DNA of 64,000 bases, from positions 3,224,001 through 3,288,000 of the forward strand of contig NW_026889807.1 in assembly GCF_033153115.1 (NCBI RefSeq), written 5' to 3'. The notes under the pieces were generated by a model that was given only the letters and a program-made list of their open reading frames with translations, searched no databases and was not told the origin of the DNA. Below are positions 62,616-64,000 of this stretch, one piece after another. Origin of the DNA: Saccostrea echinata (lineage: Eukaryota). The stretch's first letter is position 1. The number at the start of each line of letters is the position of its first letter. The position numbers and the translations under genes were made by a program.

Positions 62616-64000
62616 GTCTAACAAGTATATCCGAGCCATGTGACTCCGTTCACAATGCTGTGTCTCTCATAAAGCTTTTAAGAAAGACGAGAATTTATAA
62701 TGACTGATATTTTATCATATAATCATTTTTATCTTTTTTTGATTTTAGCCAAGGACTGCTTACCGGAGAAAACACTATTTATTCATATTTTAAAGATTCA
62801 GACACATGATCATTTAATATTTTAGAGACATTGTTATCAATTAGCCATAGAGAATATATTATAGAAAGAAAAAATGTAAAACTATCATTATTAATTTTTG
62901 ACAATAAAATATTCATTGTTCAAATATGGATTCAATTTTTACAACGAATTTTTTTACAGTTCTCATGTAACAAAACAATATTGATTTTAGTTGTTGAACT
63001 TATAATGATTTGTCCTAGATGGAAAAAGGAATTTTTGTTTCGGGGCTGGTGGGTAAAATTATGTTTTTTCTCTAAATGCTCTAATGAAAAATGATATTTT
63101 TATCAGACGCACACCTTGACATCTCCTAAATTTGCCAAATAATTCGTATTTTATGGAAAAGAAAATAAATATAAAGATTTGAAAATAGGTTTGAAGGTAC
63201 GTTGAAACAAAAGTAAAAACACATTAATAAAAGGTGTATGCACCAATCCGTACATGTGAATATCAAACAAAGTACATGTATTCCCATGTATTTTAAATGT
63301 AACCTGTATGCAATTTCTACATGGAATTTTCATGGGGAGTAAAGACACGGAAATCCAATATGGAAAAATCTACTTTGTTTATTCATATTTCGGCGATGGA
63401 CTGATCATCAAAATTTTTAATCTTAGGATTTACATTTTCCATGAGAATTTCATGTAATTATGCCTAACTGTAGTTAACCACAATTTACCATGAATCTAAA
63501 ATGTTAAAGCATAGCAGCCCAGGGCTGAAATCCAAATATACATGTATGTACTTAGCAGTAATTTTCTCTCTTCTGTGTAAACTGGTGTTTTTTTCCCTTT
63601 TATGTATGATATTTGTTAGACTTTTGATTCTTATGTGTCCATTCAACATAAAGAAACTTCTGGAACATTCCAGGAATGGTAAACATGTATGGTCATTTTT
63701 TTCTAGAACATGCTTGAATTTCGTTAATGTCCAATGTTAAAGTAACATAATGTATTTACAACTTATAGATTTTTTTTAGATTTATGTTAATGTATAAATA
63801 CACTGTCGATTGTATGCATGGGTAAGACTGGCGTACAAGAAGACTGGCGTACGGAGCACAAGTCTGGGATAGGATACTCTCACTGGGGCATTGTGTGCAG
63901 TAACGGGCACTCTGTTGTACATGTATGTATGTTTGGATTCTTGCTGTCAGTCTGTGCTTTTTGGTTTTTATCTATTACTGTAAATAAATTTTTGTTAAAT

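Larger units (their letters stand above)
58728..63925 (+). repeat. segmental duplication unit B, copy 2, interrupted by a P-like element
   Basis: 58728-59102 and 62616-63925 are colinear with 42947-45510. Confidence 0.9.

Overview
AT-rich, repeat-dense eukaryotic DNA that looks like a bivalve, most likely an oyster. This is inferred from the V-type tRNA-derived SINEs, Helentron-associated elements carrying ~145-bp tandem arrays, and Crypton and Penelope-like remnants. There are two N-gaps. Most short ORFs in the ORF track are noise. Three genic signals are supported. (1) A + strand multi-exon secreted Kunitz/BPTI gene (19269-21605+) with a TATA box and an E-box cluster; its domain has 8 Cys (canonical six plus Cys18 and Cys37). 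(2) A - strand two-exon family-B (secretin/adhesion/Methuselah-like) GPCR (40690-31186, ~1250 aa reconstructed) with an ectodomain of 2x[somatomedin-B + three Y/F-R/K-N-x-F-C-x2-C repeats] and no visible GPS. It is broken by three separate +1 frameshifts in homopolymer runs, so it is a pseudogene or an assembly error. (3) MEGF10/SREC-type EGF pseudo-exons (46150-46825). The rest is two local segmental duplications and many, often nested, transposons. Several have exact boundaries that can be checked from TSDs and empty paralogous sites within the window: a P-like element with a 7-bp TSD, a piggyBac-like element inside a Penelope-like tail, a mariner-like element carrying a Helentron array, and an unclassified 434-bp element with a 9-bp TSD and terminal hairpins. 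No prokaryotic-type system (CRISPR, operon) is present.
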